In this document: piece after piece, positions 24,990-39,300 of the stretch
How the letters are laid out: each line of letters begins with the position of its first letter
Numbering within the stretch: position 1 is the stretch's first letter
Assembly: GCF_026210795.1 (NCBI RefSeq)
Contig: NC_089433.1
Coordinates: 3,162,001-3,226,000, forward strand
Origin: Rhizophagus irregularis
Taxonomy: Eukaryota
DNA: 64,000 nt
Direction of reading: 5' to 3'
Position numbers and translations under genes: made by a program
Notes under the pieces: model-generated
Databases searched by the model: none
Told to the model about the DNA's origin: nothing
What the model saw: the letters and a program-made list of their open reading frames with translations, nothing else

Positions 24990-26780
24990 TTTAATAAGAA
25001 AATTTGTAAAAATTTTTCTTAATACTGCTTAATTTTTAAATTAAAGCCTTAATACTAAATTAGCTAAATTAGAATTAAGAAAAATTTGTGAGAATTTTCT
25101 TTGATACTGCTTAATTTTTAAATTAAAGCCTTAATATTAAATTAGTTAAATTAGAATTAAGCAGTATTAAGAAAAATTCGCAAGAATTTTCCTTGATACT
25201 GCTTAATTTTTAAATTAAAGTCTTAATACTACTAAATTAGTTAAATTAGAATTAACATATGGGCTGATTTATGGAATTAAGTTTTCATATTCAAAAAACT
25301 AACTTTATTAAGAAAATGCAAATACAAGTTACATGAAAATGATAGATTCACACAACTGATATAAATAAAATTGATTTGATTATATTATTTTTTGATTTTT
25401 TTTAATAATATCATTAAAATTAAAAAATTTAAATATAATTGTCATGACAAAATATTGAATAACTTAACGTGTATGTGTGCTAGACGAATGAATTTATATT
25501 CATTAGAAAGAAGTAATCAAGAGCTATATTGGATCACAAGTTGCCGAATAATTACGTTCAATATATTTATTTTAACCTTTGACTTTGATCGTTAATATCT
25601 TCACATCTAGTAATTCAATTTGAATAATCTTTTTTCGTTCAGGTAGAGTAGATTCTGGGCTTTCATATGAATATAAATATATGTGTTTAGCATACATGTA
25701 CGCCGAGATATTAACGATTTTGTTAATTGAATAAAACTCTGACACAAAAATTTTTAAAATTATAATTCTTACCAAAAGATGATCTTTACAGGTATTATTG
25801 GGCTCTTTTTACTTTACTTAACAAGTTTTTATTTGCCATTTCTGTTTTAAATTGAATAAATTAATAAAATCAATTTTAAAAAGTAAATAACAAGTAGAAT
25901 AAAATTAGTATAGTAAAAAACAAAAAAAACATCTCAAAAACTCTAAATCATAACTCACATTTTTATTTTGTATATATTTTTACTAAAAAAAAGAAGGAAC
26001 TAAGGTTAAAAATAAATGAAAAAAGATTTTTCTTATTAATAAAAATTATTAATATTTGTTTTCTTACTTACTGATTAAAAAAAACCTGCTATATATGCCT
26101 ATAAACTTTTCTAAGTCACCTAACAAAAATCTGATTGAAAAGTGATTGAAAAGTGATTGAAAAAGAAAGTAGTTGCCATTGTTATTTTTGAATAAACGTT
26201 AAAAATTTTTTTTTATTTTTTGATAGATTTAGATCATCTGATTATGTAACACATACAATTTAAGCTTGTGAAACATAATTCTTGTTAAAATGTGCAAATC
26301 TTTATGTTTGGCTAATTTCACGAATTGGAAGATATAAGCAGTATTAAGAAAAATTCGCAAGAATTTTCCTTGATACTGCTTAATTTTTAAATTAAAGCCT
26401 TAATACTACTAAATTAGTTAAATTAGAATTAAGCAGTATTAAGAAAAATTCTCAAGAATTTTTCTTGATAATACTTAATTTTTAAATTAAAGCCTTAATA
26501 CTAAATTAGTTAAATTAGAATTAAGCAGTATTAAGAAAAATTCGCAAGAATTTTCCTTGATACTGCTTAATTTTTAAATTAATAAAACCTTAATACTAAA
26601 TTAGTTAAATTAGAATTAAGTAGTATTAAGAAAAATTCATGAGAATTTTCCTTGATATTGCTTAATTTTTAAATTATAATTTATAAAAATGATTTATAAT
26701 TGAGTTTTTGAATTTAGTATTATCAATCGGACTTTGAACTTAAAAATTAAACAGTATTAACAAAAATTCTTGCGAATTTT
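24990..26780. repeat. ~90-bp palindromic tandem repeat in two blocks (24990-25255 and 26335-26780) separated by ~1.1 kb of other DNA
   Basis: The unit contains the hairpin AAGCAGTATTAAGAAAAATT-CGCAAG-AATTTTCCTTGATACTGCTT. Confidence 0.85.
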
Positions 26781-29384
26781 TAAATAAGTGATTTTACATC
26801 AGTGAGTTTTTGAGTAGTACATATTAGCGGATACTAGTATTGTTTGATGATTTAAAGTGTAGAAAAACTTACCCTATCACACATCAAATAAATAAAAATT
26901 GGCAAAAAAATCAGATAGCCAATTTTTGGCTATATTTGTCTGATTTGTAGCATTTTGTAGCCGATTTTTTAGCATGAATTGACAAAAATTGGATATGCCA
27001 ATTTTTAAATTGCATATTCAAATCAGACTGCTGATTTTAGCTATATTTGTCCGATTTGTGACTTTTTACAGCTGTATTACTAATTCTTAACCACATTTTT
27101 CAGTTTTTTCACTATACAAAAAAATTGTATATACATTATGAAATATATATTTTTATAAAAAATTATATTGTAATATTGAATTAAATTTTAAAAAATATTT
27201 TATTAAGCAATATTAAATAAAAAACTAATCTTAAATAATTAAATTTTAAACAAAATACATTAAGAATATAAATTTACTTCATCAGGAAATTATATAGTGC
27301 GAAAAGTTGCGCAAGTTTACACATCATAATATTTCGTAAGCTTCCAGACCCGCCGCAAGTTTGCGTAAGCGTAATATTTTGTAACTTTTTAAAATATTTC
27401 GAAATATTACGATATGCAAAGCTTCGTAATTTTACGATTTGTAATATTCCGTAATTTTGCGGTTCGCAATATTTCGTAATTTTACATAATATTTCGTAAG
27501 TTTTCAGACCCGCCGCAAGTTTGCGTAAGCGTAATATTTTGTAACTTTTTAAAATATTTTGAAATATTACTGTATGCAAGGCTTCGTAATTTTACGATTC
27601 GTAATATTCCGTAATTTTACTGCGTAATACTTCGCAACTTTTTAAAATATTTCGAAATTCTATGATGCGTAATGTTCCATAATTTGACGATTCGTAATAT
27701 TCTGTGATTTTACACAACTTAATATTTCGTAATATTTCAAAATATTTCGATAAATAATACTTCATTTTCTGTACTATAAGTTTATATAATGTATGTTTTA
27801 TTAGATATAATCATAAAAAATTACAAGTATTTATTAATATATACAGAATACATAAAAGTAAAAAAGAAAGAGTAGAGTAACAATATTATTAGACGTAAAA
27901 AGAAGAGAAACAGCTATAGTAACGTTAGTATTAGATATAAAGATAAAAGAAATATTGTTATTATTGTTAGTATTAAGGTAAAAAGAGTTAAAGAAACAGT
28001 AAAAGGAGTAAAAGAAACATGGATATTATCGTTAGTATTAAAGTACAAGTAAAAAGAAATAAAGGAAACGTAGATAGTATTGTTAGTATTACGACATAAA
28101 GTAACAAAGAGGTAAAAAAAACGCGTTAATATTAAAATAATTAGTATTAATAAATAAATATTTCTATACCTGCAAAGTAATTGAACAAAAGAATAAAGAA
28201 ATAAAGAGAAAGGAAAAAATAAACATGTTGTTAGTATTGTTAGTATCGTTAGTATTAAAGTACAAGTAAAAAGGAATAAAGGAAACATGGATATTATTGT
28301 TAGTATTACGATACAAAATAACAAAGAGGTAAAAAAAAATGAAAATAATTAGTATTAATAAACAAATATTTCTATACCTGCAAAGCAATAAATTATGAAA
28401 TATATGTAAATATATTGTATATAATTAAAGAAATATAAATAGAAAGAAGAGACAAAAAAATTAAAAATATTGAACAAAAGAATAAAGAAATAAGAAACAA
28501 AAATAAATAAGACAAAAACGCGTGCGTGATTAAATGATTAAATGATTAAATCGCATGCAAGGATCAGCCTAATTTTGATTGGCCAGAAAATACGATATCG
28601 TAAAATTACGGAAATCCGCATTTTAAAAAATCACAGAAATTGTATATGCACAATTACTAAATATTATCCCCTCGTGATAAATTAAAAATTATCAACACAA
28701 ATTCAACACAAATTTAACAAATTTAACGAAATTTGGCCAAAATTAACAAATTTTTACCAGAATTATCAACACAAATTGAACACAAATTGAACACAAATTT
28801 CAGCCACGATTTATTTATGTCACACCCGTGTTGTTAAGAATTAATAACCATTTTATTTATTAAAACTATATTAATTATGGTAAAAAAAATGCTATTACGT
28901 GTGATATATATAAAAAATAATATTTATTTTTTATCACACATAATTCTCTAATAAACTATTTACATACCGACCTTCCTCCTAGTGTTATAAGAGTCAGTAT
29001 AAAGTATATCATCGTATCTATGCCATCATTGGCCGCACCATCGTTCGTTAGCACCTGTCGTTGGCCGCAATCGTTGGCCGCATCATCGTTGCCGCCATCG
29101 TTCATTGAGGCTACCGTCGTTAGTCGCGCCATTATCGGCCGCACCTGCTTCATCGTCAGGCTCTTTCCCCTATCACCACCATCGTCTACATCATTACCAT
29201 CATGAGAATCATCGTCCAAATGTGTAAATTTATCCCTATTTTCCAACTTTTGCTAAAAATCAATAAATAAATAAATAAACTGTAATTCAAATAATTCACA
29301 TTTTGCAAATTGTAAATTAAAAACTTATTAAGTTGTTGATTATCTTCGACTTCATTATACTTTCGCTCATTTGAATGTTTTGAT

Positions 29385-31857
29385 TAGAGATGTGCCATGC
29401 GCATTATGTGTTGCTATTATGCATTGCGCATAATGCGCATTATGCGCATGATAAATTTTGTAATAAATTATAAGTTGTAATTCTGGTAAACTTTACACCC
29501 TAACTCCGGCCAAAATTATAAATTAACAAAAATGGAATTTATAATAAATTTGTATTACATTAGATCTTTCACAAAAAAAAAATTTTTTTCTTCGTTCAAT
29601 CAGTTCAAAAATGCCTCCAACTAGCCCTATTTGGGCTCACTTTAATAAACTTGGACATGTGGCTGGTTTTCGGCAAGCCCGTGCACAATGCAAATACTGT
29701 AATCATGAACTAAATGCTGCTGCTAACAAATGTATTGCACATTTAAAAACCTGTTCAAGTGCAAGTATAACAGTTCTCCAAGGATTTTTTGGGCCAGATT
29801 TTAAACTTAGTGCAAAACAACGTATTAATTCCCATTTACCAACAGAGCAAAATAATATTGTTACTATTAAGAAACAACCGCAAAAATCAATAAATAATTT
29901 TGTTGACAAAATAACTTCAGCAGAACAAAATGAAGCTGAACTATTATTTGCACAAGCAGTTTACCGATGTGGATTATTCTTATCATTATCTGAACTAGAA
30001 CCAATTAAAATTCTTTTTCAAAAACTTCGTCCTTGTTTTAAATTGCCCTCACGAAAAGCTTTATCACCAACATTACTTGACACGGTATATGAGGATACAA
30101 AAGATGAAATAAATAATTTGATTAAATCAACTGATTATATTTGTTTGATTTCTGATGGATGGTAGGTGATATATTTTTTTTAACTATTATTTATATATTC
30201 ATTATAAATATCTTGTATAAATATTTTTAGGTCAAATATGTTGCAAGAACATTGGACAAATTATTTAATTACCACGCCAAGACCAGTATTTTTCTCTGCT
30301 CATCAAACTGGTGAAATCAAACAAACAGGAGAAAATATTGCAGCCGACATTGATAAAGTTATATCACAGATTGATCATTCCAAACTTTCAGCAATTATTA
30401 CTGATAACGCATCTTCAATGAAGAAAGCATGGAAACTTTTGGCTATTAAATATCCAAACATAGTTTTCCTTGGCTGTGTAGCTCATTCCTTAAATCTTCT
30501 AATTGGTGATATTATGAAACTCCCTTGGGCGGATAGTACTATAAAAAATGGAAAGAAAATCGTTAAATATTTCAAATCACATCAAATTCCAGCTGCAGTT
30601 CTGAAACGATATCAAAGATCCAGTTATGATAAGCAAATTTCACTTAAATTACCTGTAAAAACACGTTGGGGATCATCAGCTATTTGCCTTAATTCACTTC
30701 AAGTAAATCAGCTTGCTATTGAATTAACGGTAACAGAATTATCACGTAATCAAACTGTTAGAATTGATGATGATATGAGAAGTATTGTATTAAATGATGG
30801 GTTTTGGAAAGATGTTGATAATTTACTCAAAGTTCTCAACGAACTTGTTATTGGAATTTCTATGTTTGAATCGGATACACCTTTTTTATCTAAAGTATTA
30901 GATTGGTATTACAATCAATTAGAATCATCAGGTAAAATATCATTTTTTTCTTTGGTAAATATAATCTAAATTATTACTAATCAAATTTAATTTCTCAAGT
31001 TTATGTTTTTGATATAAACGGAAATAATACGAGTATTAAAAATATTATCAAAAAAAGGTGGGAAAGTATTTACCACCCTGTTATGGAAGTTGCGCATCTG
31101 CTTGATCCATCATTCCATGGTTGCCATCTTACTTCTAATTCAATGGATAGAATTTCGCAGTTTATCCAAAAATATTATTCGGATAATGCAGTAATTATTT
31201 GGACACAAATCTTGAATTATAGGAGAAAAACTGGAGTTTTTGCGAATAAACTTGCTTGGGAAACTTCTGATAATGTTGATCCTATAACTTGGTGGAGTGG
31301 AAATTTTAGTGATTCTGCACCTGAAGCTTACTCAAGTAGCAAAAAAGGTTTTATCTATTCCAACATCATCTGCTGCGTCTGAAAGAAATTGGTCAGCATT
31401 TGCATACATTCATGATAAAAAACGAAACCGGTTGAGAGCTGATCGTGTCTTTAAATTAGTGTATATTTATAGCAATTATAGATTACAAATGCCACGAGAA
31501 ACGCCAGAATGGAAAGGGTTTACAAACGGGTTTGATAAAAATACTTCGTTAGACGGGGGAGTTGTAGATGACGAAATTCAAAGTTCAGGCGAAAATGAAG
31601 AAAGTGATTATGATGATGTAAATAGTAGTAGTGAAAACGAAGAGAGTTTTAATGATAATGAAGCTGATGACTCTGATGTATCTTGTTAATAATTCAGTAA
31701 AATAAATAATAAAAAATTTTATTTTTTTGTAAAGAAATCGTATTTTTTTTTTTTCTGTATAACAGTACTATGTGTATCATGTGCATGATGCGCATGATGC
31801 GCATTATGCGCATCATGCGCGTGATAAAATGAAATTTCCGCATTTTGCCCATCCCTA
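29385..31857 (+). mobile_element. hAT (Ac-like) transposon
   Basis: TIR TAGAGATGTGC/GCCCATCCCTA (Ac-like TAGGGATG), perfect 8-bp TSD GTTTTGAT, ATGCGCAT subterminal repeats. Confidence 0.95.
29611..31689 (+). pseudogene. hAT transposase (BED finger, DDE core, dimerisation domain), 3 exons, one +1 frameshift near 31327
   Basis: IWAHF..CKYC..HLKTC, SDGWS, TDNAS, CVAHSLNL, TRWGS, SAASERNWS; introns ~30162-30230 and ~30932-30999. Confidence 0.92.
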
Positions 31858-33483
31858 GTTTTGATTATTAGGATTTAAGTACGTTTCACATATGCTAATC
31901 GCATACGCTATTTGTGTTTTTGAGGGATTTTTATTTTCTTTTCGCAACTTATCAATTATCAGCGACATATATGTCGTAGGTTGCCCATCTTTAACCTTTT
32001 TAAATAGGTTGTTGTAACATCTTTTCACCTCCGCCTTACTCTTCCATTCCTGAATCTTTGACGGACTAGCCTGAGTGTTAATAGACGGTAATTTATGCCC
32101 AGTCGCTTCGAAAACAGAATACATAACGTCTTTAACTCTAGACGTGAACGTCCCTCGTATGCTTCTATGTTGTTGTACTAACTATTAAAAAAAAATGTTA
32201 GTATGAAATTTAATAAAATTCATAATTGCTTTAACTTACAGTCGGGGCAATTTTTTTTTCGAAAAAAATAATCCATTGATTTTTTTTGAACTGGCGCATA
32301 AATTCCGGATTTTCGTCTTTTAAATATTTTTCGGTAGCGAGTTTGTACTCGTCTTGCGAAGGATAAACAAAATTTTCAAATAAAATTTTCGACACCTTCT
32401 TAACGAGCTCCTAATCAAACGAGGTTAGCATTTCAGGTTTACATTAAATAATATTCATCTTTATTACCTTTACATACTCCGGATCTATTGTATTATTATT
32501 ATTTTTGTTATTATCGTTGAGCTTTTTTTCTATGCTCGAGAGACGGGTTTTGAGAATTTTTTTGTCCGGTGATAAGAACTTCAAGCTTAGAAATTATCTG
32601 CGAATTGGTTCTTAATAGTTTTTCTATTGTTTTTTTATTAACTTTAACAATAAAATATAATTTAACTATATATTATATAATTTCTTTTATAAAGAATATG
32701 ATACATATTATGTCGTATATACCATCAACACTATCATCGGATATTCTCACTCGCTTCTCGGCTTCCGCTACACCCTCAGTACTACGTTTTGAAAATCTTT
32801 CATTATCGTCAATTCTTCGTTTCTTTCGCCACGCTTTGTAGCCATTATGATAATAAATTTGAAACGAAAATATGAGAAAAAAGGAGGAAATATATGAGAA
32901 AAAAGAGGAAATATATGAGAAAAAAGAGGAAATATATGAGAAAAAGGTGAACTAGAAAATTCGAAAAGGATGAGGAAAAAGGGGGAAATACATGAATCAG
33001 AAATTCAGAAAAAGGAGGCAAGCTGTCATAAGGTAATTTCCGCCATTCTATACTTAAAAAAGAAAAAAAACTTGCGAAATATTGCGAAAAATGGATGAAC
33101 TAATGCGAAATATTACGAAAAATGAATGTACTAATGCAAAAATTTTGCATCGTGATATTACGAAAAAATATTGTAACACTTTTATAAGAGAACTTTAAAA
33201 AAAAACTCTCGTAAAAGCACATACATAGTACAATCGAAATATTAATCAAATCCAATTTATAAAAAAATAACATGTTACACATGTTGGGGCTTTTATGCAT
33301 GGAAAAAAAAGTTGCAGCCAGTGAACTCATTTGGCTGATCAGATTGATAGCGCTTATAACCTGATTATCGCATAAATTTGTGGCTGATCATCCGTCCATT
33401 ATTGTAAAAGTGATTTGCCGTGTTAAGCCAATAAATTTGCGGCTGATTATCAGATGATTAGCCGGCCATCCGAATTCTTACAG

Positions 33484-33712
33484 CCCGTTACAGCAAATTC
33501 AAAATATGCGAAACACTCAGCACTTTTGCTGTCAGATTCACTTGGCAGGTTGCCGGCAAATTGAAATAGTAAATAAAATAATAAACAATATTTATATGGT
33601 ACATCATAGACTTGTTACATTTATTTTTAGATTTGCCAACCCACGAACTCGGCAAGTTCCCGACAGCAAAATTGCTGAGTGTTTCGCATATTTTAAATTT
33701 TGCTATAATGCG
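33484..33712. mobile_element. Small foldback MITE-like element
   Basis: ~50-bp inverted arms AGCAAA-T-AAAATATGCGAAACACTCAGCA-TTTTGCTGTC; TSD not resolved. Confidence 0.7.
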
Positions 33713-33953
33713 TAAAATTGCGAATGATTCCGCGATATTAGCCACCAGATTCTTACAGCCAGTTCCATTCATTAATGCGTAAATTTGCGTAGTCGTGTCT
33801 ATTCAAATAACTCAATCAATTGTAATCCATTCAATTAATTCATTAAATTTTTACAATGAATTTGCAATATAATTTTATTAGCACACATAATCTCATATAA
33901 ATTAAATAGTGAATTGATACTTTTCATCAAATTTGACGCGTTAATTTAGTAAC

Positions 33954-36934
33954 ATGAGTTTCAAATGCCCCCTTTGTATGCGAATATTCAGTCAACGCTT
34001 TGCATATACTCAACACGCCCAAAAATGCTTAAAAAATGTAGAAGTAGAAGTAGAAGATGATGATGATAATAATGATAGTGAAAAATATAGCAGTGAAATG
34101 GATACAAGAAGTAATCTAAGTAGTGAATATGAAAATGATAAAGTTGAGGTAATTATGTTATTCCAGATTATTCTTTTTAAAGAAAAAGCTCAAATTATAC
34201 TAACTCATTTTGGTTTATAATTTTAGGTGGATGATGATAATAATGTACAAAATATGTCATTTGACAGTATTGGAAGTGCAATATCAGAGATGAGCCTTGA
34301 AGATAGTAACTTTGAAAATATATTAGATTCATCTGAAGAGCCTGAAATTTTTGAAGAACCCAAAAATCTCAATACCAAAACTTGCACAGAATTTCCTAAT
34401 GATGCTTATAAAGATCTAATGTTATTAGTAACAAAATATAAAATAAACAATAAAGGTGGTAATGAAATAATACGTTTTTTTAATAAACATTCAAATCTTA
34501 CAGAATCACCATTACCAAAAAATATTGAACAGGGACGAGCATTTATGAATAATATGAAGTTTTCTAATTTAGAATTTAGTAAAGTTCTTATAACAAAACA
34601 TAAGGATAAAGATTATTTTCTTTATTATCAAAACTTAATACAGTGCATCAAAAATATCTTAACTGTTCCTGACATAACACAAAATTTTGCGCTATCTTAC
34701 GAAAACTATGAGGTAAATAGTAAATATTAGTTAATTCAATAATTTAAATAATATTTATTTTAATTTATTTATATTATTTTATAGTATAATAGAGAAAGTA
34801 TTTACAGTGAACAAAACACTGGAAAATGGTGGAAAACTACGCAAGAATCCTTACCTACTGGTTCCAAATTATTATCAATTATTTTATATTCAGATGCAAC
34901 AACTACAGATACATTAGGAAAAAGTCAATTGCATCCAATATATATTTCATTAGGCAATATTCCAATATGGCGTCGTAATAAACAGGATGCAAAGCAACTT
35001 TTGGGATATTTACCAATTTTAGAAGCTGCAAATAAAGATCTGGTTCGTGATACCTTTCATAAATCTTTACGTCATTTACTAGAACCAATTATTTTATTAA
35101 AAGATGGTATAGACCTTTTTATAAATAATGAAAATACCTGGTTTTATCCTAGAGTTTCAACTATTATTGCAGATTGGCCAGAAGCCGCAAGTTTTTGTTT
35201 AGTTTATAAATCCTCCAATTCAAGCCTTCCATGTCACTCCTGTTTAATTAAAAGGGACAATCTTGCAAATATAAACTTATCGGTTAACGATGTAATACTA
35301 AGAACTCATGATGAAATGCGTAAATATTTTGAAAATGATACACAAAAATCTGTTTGCATAGAATCTGTACCTAATTTTTTTTGGGATTTGCCGTAAGTAT
35401 GCAAAAGTAGAAATAATTATAATAACATATATATATATTAATTATAAATATTTATATTATCAAGGAATATAAATATCTACTTGGCTACTGTTCCTGACAG
35501 AATGCATCATTTAGATTTGGGTTTATTTCGTTATCAAATTATCTTCACGTGCGATATCTTAAAATTGCAACATGTTAATGGTAATAAATTAGTTGAAGAA
35601 GTAGATCGCCGTCTAGCAGCAATTCCACGTTTTCCCGCCATTAAAATTTTTTCCAATGGACTGCAGTCAATTGCAAGATTAACTGCTAATGAATATCGAA
35701 GTTTGATGAAAGTCATGATATTTGTTATTGATAATTTATATGATGAAAATAATAACGAAGTAGATAATTTTGTAAATAATGATGATCTTGTGAAATTGTA
35801 CGAATATTGGAATGAAATGTATATTTTAAGTAGATATGAAGAATTTAGTGAAAGTGACTTGGAGAAATTTAATGTATGTATTAAAATTTTAGTAAAATCG
35901 AAAATTTAAATTAAATAAATTAAATTAACATTTAAATTTTAGGATGCAATACATAGATGGGCGCGGATGTTTGTCAAGGCTTTTAAATTTGTTTCTCCTT
36001 CCAATTTGAAGTTGCCTAAATTGCATTCATGGGTTTATCACATTATTGACTCAATACGATCTTATGGCGCAATAAATGGCTATACCACAGAAACTTACGA
36101 AAGTCTCCACAAATATTTCGTTAAAATACCCTACCGAATTAGCAATAAAAAAGATGTCGAACCTCAGCTTTTACGAACTGTAAGTATTTGGAAATTTATT
36201 TATTGTATATATTTATTATATAACTTAAGATGGAAATTAAATTAATAGATAAAACGTCAAGCAATATCTATTAGAATGTCTCAACATTCAGTGAATCCGG
36301 CAAAAACACCTCGCACTTGTAAATTTTCTGCAAGACTCTTTGATTTCTCTTTACAAGATGCAAATACATTTTTTAATGAAAAAAAAGATTCCGTAGACAA
36401 TAAAATGCAGACCGGTTTTGCTAGATTTATAAGTTGTACGGATTCATATCTAGATTTACTTGATGGGTTCGCAATTATTGGTGAAACCCGAATAAACATA
36501 TACGGATCGGTAACACTGGAAAATGGTGCCATAATGCGTGCCACAAACAGGTATCATAATAAAGTATGGTTTAGCGACATAGCTATTTCAATGGATTCTG
36601 AAGAATCAAATGATTATATATCAGACAAAGGACTTTGTTATGGACAGGTATTTTTCCAATTTATGTAATAATTTATTATAAAGTATTAATAAATATTTAT
36701 TATTTATAGGCCTTATTGTTAGCAGAAGTATTAACAGACCCACCGCTAAATCTCGCATTAATTCAATGGTACGATTTTAAATCTAAAAGGAACCCATATT
36801 TATATGGATGTCCTCACTTAAAATTGATAGAATTATATAACTTTGTAGCTATAGAGTCTATACATGGTGTCGTTCACATAGTACCCCGATTTGATAAACA
36901 AAATGAATATTTCGTAAATAAATATATTTTTTAG
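33954..36934 (+). CDS. Plavaka transposase, 7 exons, apparently intact (852 aa)
   Basis: Exons 33954-34148, 34227-34712, 34785-35392, 35465-35873, 35943-36179, 36249-36647 and 36710-36934 join in frame (2559 nt). N-terminal zinc finger; motifs LYSDAT, HPIYISLGNIP, IADWPEA, PDRMHHLDLG, PKLHSW, TETYESLHK. Confidence 0.9.
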
Positions 36935-37808
36935 TCACTTGATATAGGAGTTTTGATTTTATTTTAATAAAATTATATCCTTAAAGAATTTATGGTCACG
37001 TTTCCCATATCATAAATAAAATGCAGATTTATTTATTTAATTATTAACAATACGGGTGTGACATAAATAAATCGTGACTGAAATTTGTGTTCAATTTGTG
37101 TTCAATTTGTGTTGATAATTCTGGTAAAAAATTATTAATTTTGGCCAAATTTCGTTAAATTTGTTAAATTTGTGTTGAGTTTGTGTTGAATTTGTGTTGC
37201 GTAATTTTTTATTTATCACGAGGGGATGATATTTAGTAATTGCATGTACGACGTACAAGATTTTTTTTATGATTTTTTTAAGAAATGTACGCAAAATATT
37301 TAATCAGAATATAATTGTTTTATTTTTAAATATGATATATTGATGATTTTTTTTAAAAAAAAAATTGATTTTTTTAAAATTCAATAGAATGTGCTAATAA
37401 TAAATTGGTTTATTTTTAAATATAATATATTGATATTTATATTTAAATAACCAAAACATGTACATGATTTTTAATTATTTTTAATTGAAATCATGTACAT
37501 GATTTTTAATTATTTTTAATTGAAATCAAACTAAGATTTTTTTTTAAAAAAAAATTAAAATAAATTAAGTGATTTATATTTATATTTAGAATCATGATAT
37601 TTATATTTAGATAATCCATATCCGCATGAGATTTAATTAATATGTTTAATGATGAAAAGTCTAATAAATTAAATTTTAATTGAAACGAGAAATAAAATCA
37701 AACCAAAGAGGTATTGTTCAAATTTTATTTAAAGTGACATTTTACGACTTTCTTTCAAATTTTTACTCATCCCAAAATCAAATTATAAAAATCAAATCAA
37801 ATCTAATA

Positions 37809-38430
37809 ATGCCTCGCCAAACACGTCGTCGTTCCTATAACGTCCATTGGAACTGGGCTATGATGGACGAACTTGTCGACATACGCCGCGACAGAAACCG
37901 TGCCTACCATAATATTAATGGTAGAAGCCGCCAAGATTTTTGGGACTCTGTTGCCAATAGGTTCATATGACTAATATCTATAATTTCTTTAAGAAAGAAT
38001 TTAAATTCAAATTAACCAATCCATTTAATTGAATCAGAATAAATAGAATATTTCGAACGAGGGTTTCCGGGCAACAGTGCAGCCAAAAGTGGAGGAACCT
38101 CGTCAGGGATTACCATGTAAGTAAATAAATAACATTACATTCATATAAATTAAATGTATTTACCGAATATTCAAACTGATTTTGATATTTAGAACTATGT
38201 CCTTTATCGTAATGGTAACCCTGGGCGGCGGCTGTGGACGCGTACCGGCGCAAGATATTATCGCGAATTTAGAACGAGATTTTGGGAGAGGCTGGGTAAT
38301 TATACTATAATAAAATTTATAATTAATATTTACGTTCATGTTTTAAATTTGATAAATTTGATCAATTTTAGTTACGCGTGACGATCGTAGGGCAAGGAGA
38401 AACTTACCTACGTATCGTAGAAGAAGATAA
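37809..38430 (+). CDS. Small Arg-rich Myb/SANT-like (trihelix-type) DNA-binding protein, 4 exons, 130 aa, intact
   Basis: Exons 37809-37960, 38038-38116, 38193-38295 and 38372-38430 join in frame; W..MDELVDIR..FWDSVANRIN..QCSQKWRNLVRDY pattern. Confidence 0.85.
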
Positions 38431-38814
38431 TTATTTTTATTTTTTTATTATTTATTAAGTGAGTAGCTAGGCCCAGTCCGTACCAAATATCGGCTGGAGA
38501 CTCACGTTTTTTTTGGGCTGTGACTGATACTGACGTCCATGCCGTACAGCCTGGGTACTATTTTATAAAATAGTAGCGAACAAGTATCAAATGTGTATTT
38601 TTTTTATTAAGTTATAATAAAAATTAGAATTTACTTTAATTTTTAACATAAAAATTGTAAATAATAAAAAATTCGTAAATAAAAATAAATTTGCTTTCCC
38701 AAACTTAAAAAAAAAAGGTGTTTATATAAAAGAAAAGGTGTTTATATTATTTTTGATTATTCAATAGTATCACATGCCCCTTGTATACGTTCTACTGCAT
38801 ATGCAGTTTACAAT

Positions 38815-39300
38815 CTCGTAAATTTTCGAAATATTTCAACCGTAATATTACGCAGGTTTACGGTTTCGTAAATTTTCGAAATATTTCAACCGTAATATTA
38901 CGCAGGTTTACAGTTTCGTAAATTTGCAGAATATTTTGACCGTAATATTACGCAGGTTTACAGTTTCGTAAATTTTCGAAATATTTTAACCGTAATATTA
39001 CGCAGGTTTACAGTTTCGTAAATTTTCGAAATATTTCAACCGTAATATTACGCAGGTTTACAGTTTCGTAAATTTTCGAAATATTTTAACCGTAATATTA
39101 CGCAGGTTTACAGTTTCGTAAATTTTCGAAATATTTCAACCGTAATATTACGCAGGTTTACAGTTTCGTAAATTTTCGAAATATTTCAACCGTAATATTA
39201 CGCAGGTTTACAGTTTCGTAAATTTGCAGAATATTTTGACCGTAATATTGCGTAAATCTTACGATATTGAAAACTTACGTAATATTTTAACCGTAATATC
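38815..39300. repeat. 50-bp tandem repeat (~9 copies), subterminal to the CATCAGG element
   Basis: CGTAATATTACGCAGGTTTACAGTTTCGTAAATTTTCGAAATATTTCAAC at 38841, 38891, ... 39191. Confidence 0.95.

Larger units (their letters stand above)
28956..32845 (-). pseudogene. Plavaka accessory gene (function unknown), disrupted by a hAT insertion
   Basis: Multi-exon; the frame rejoins across the hAT (..YLNPNNQN-IQMSESIMKSKI..); acidic C-terminal tail. Confidence 0.7.
28668..37225. mobile_element. Plavaka transposon with divergent transposase and accessory genes
   Basis: ~180-bp TIRs starting CCCCTCGTGATAAAT with internal AACACAAATT repeats; flanks AT/AT (2-bp TSD). Confidence 0.92.

Noticed and set aside
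27274..28388. Hydrophobic ORFs resembling membrane proteins
   Set aside because: Arise from AT-rich and subterminal repeats; no motif or gene structure
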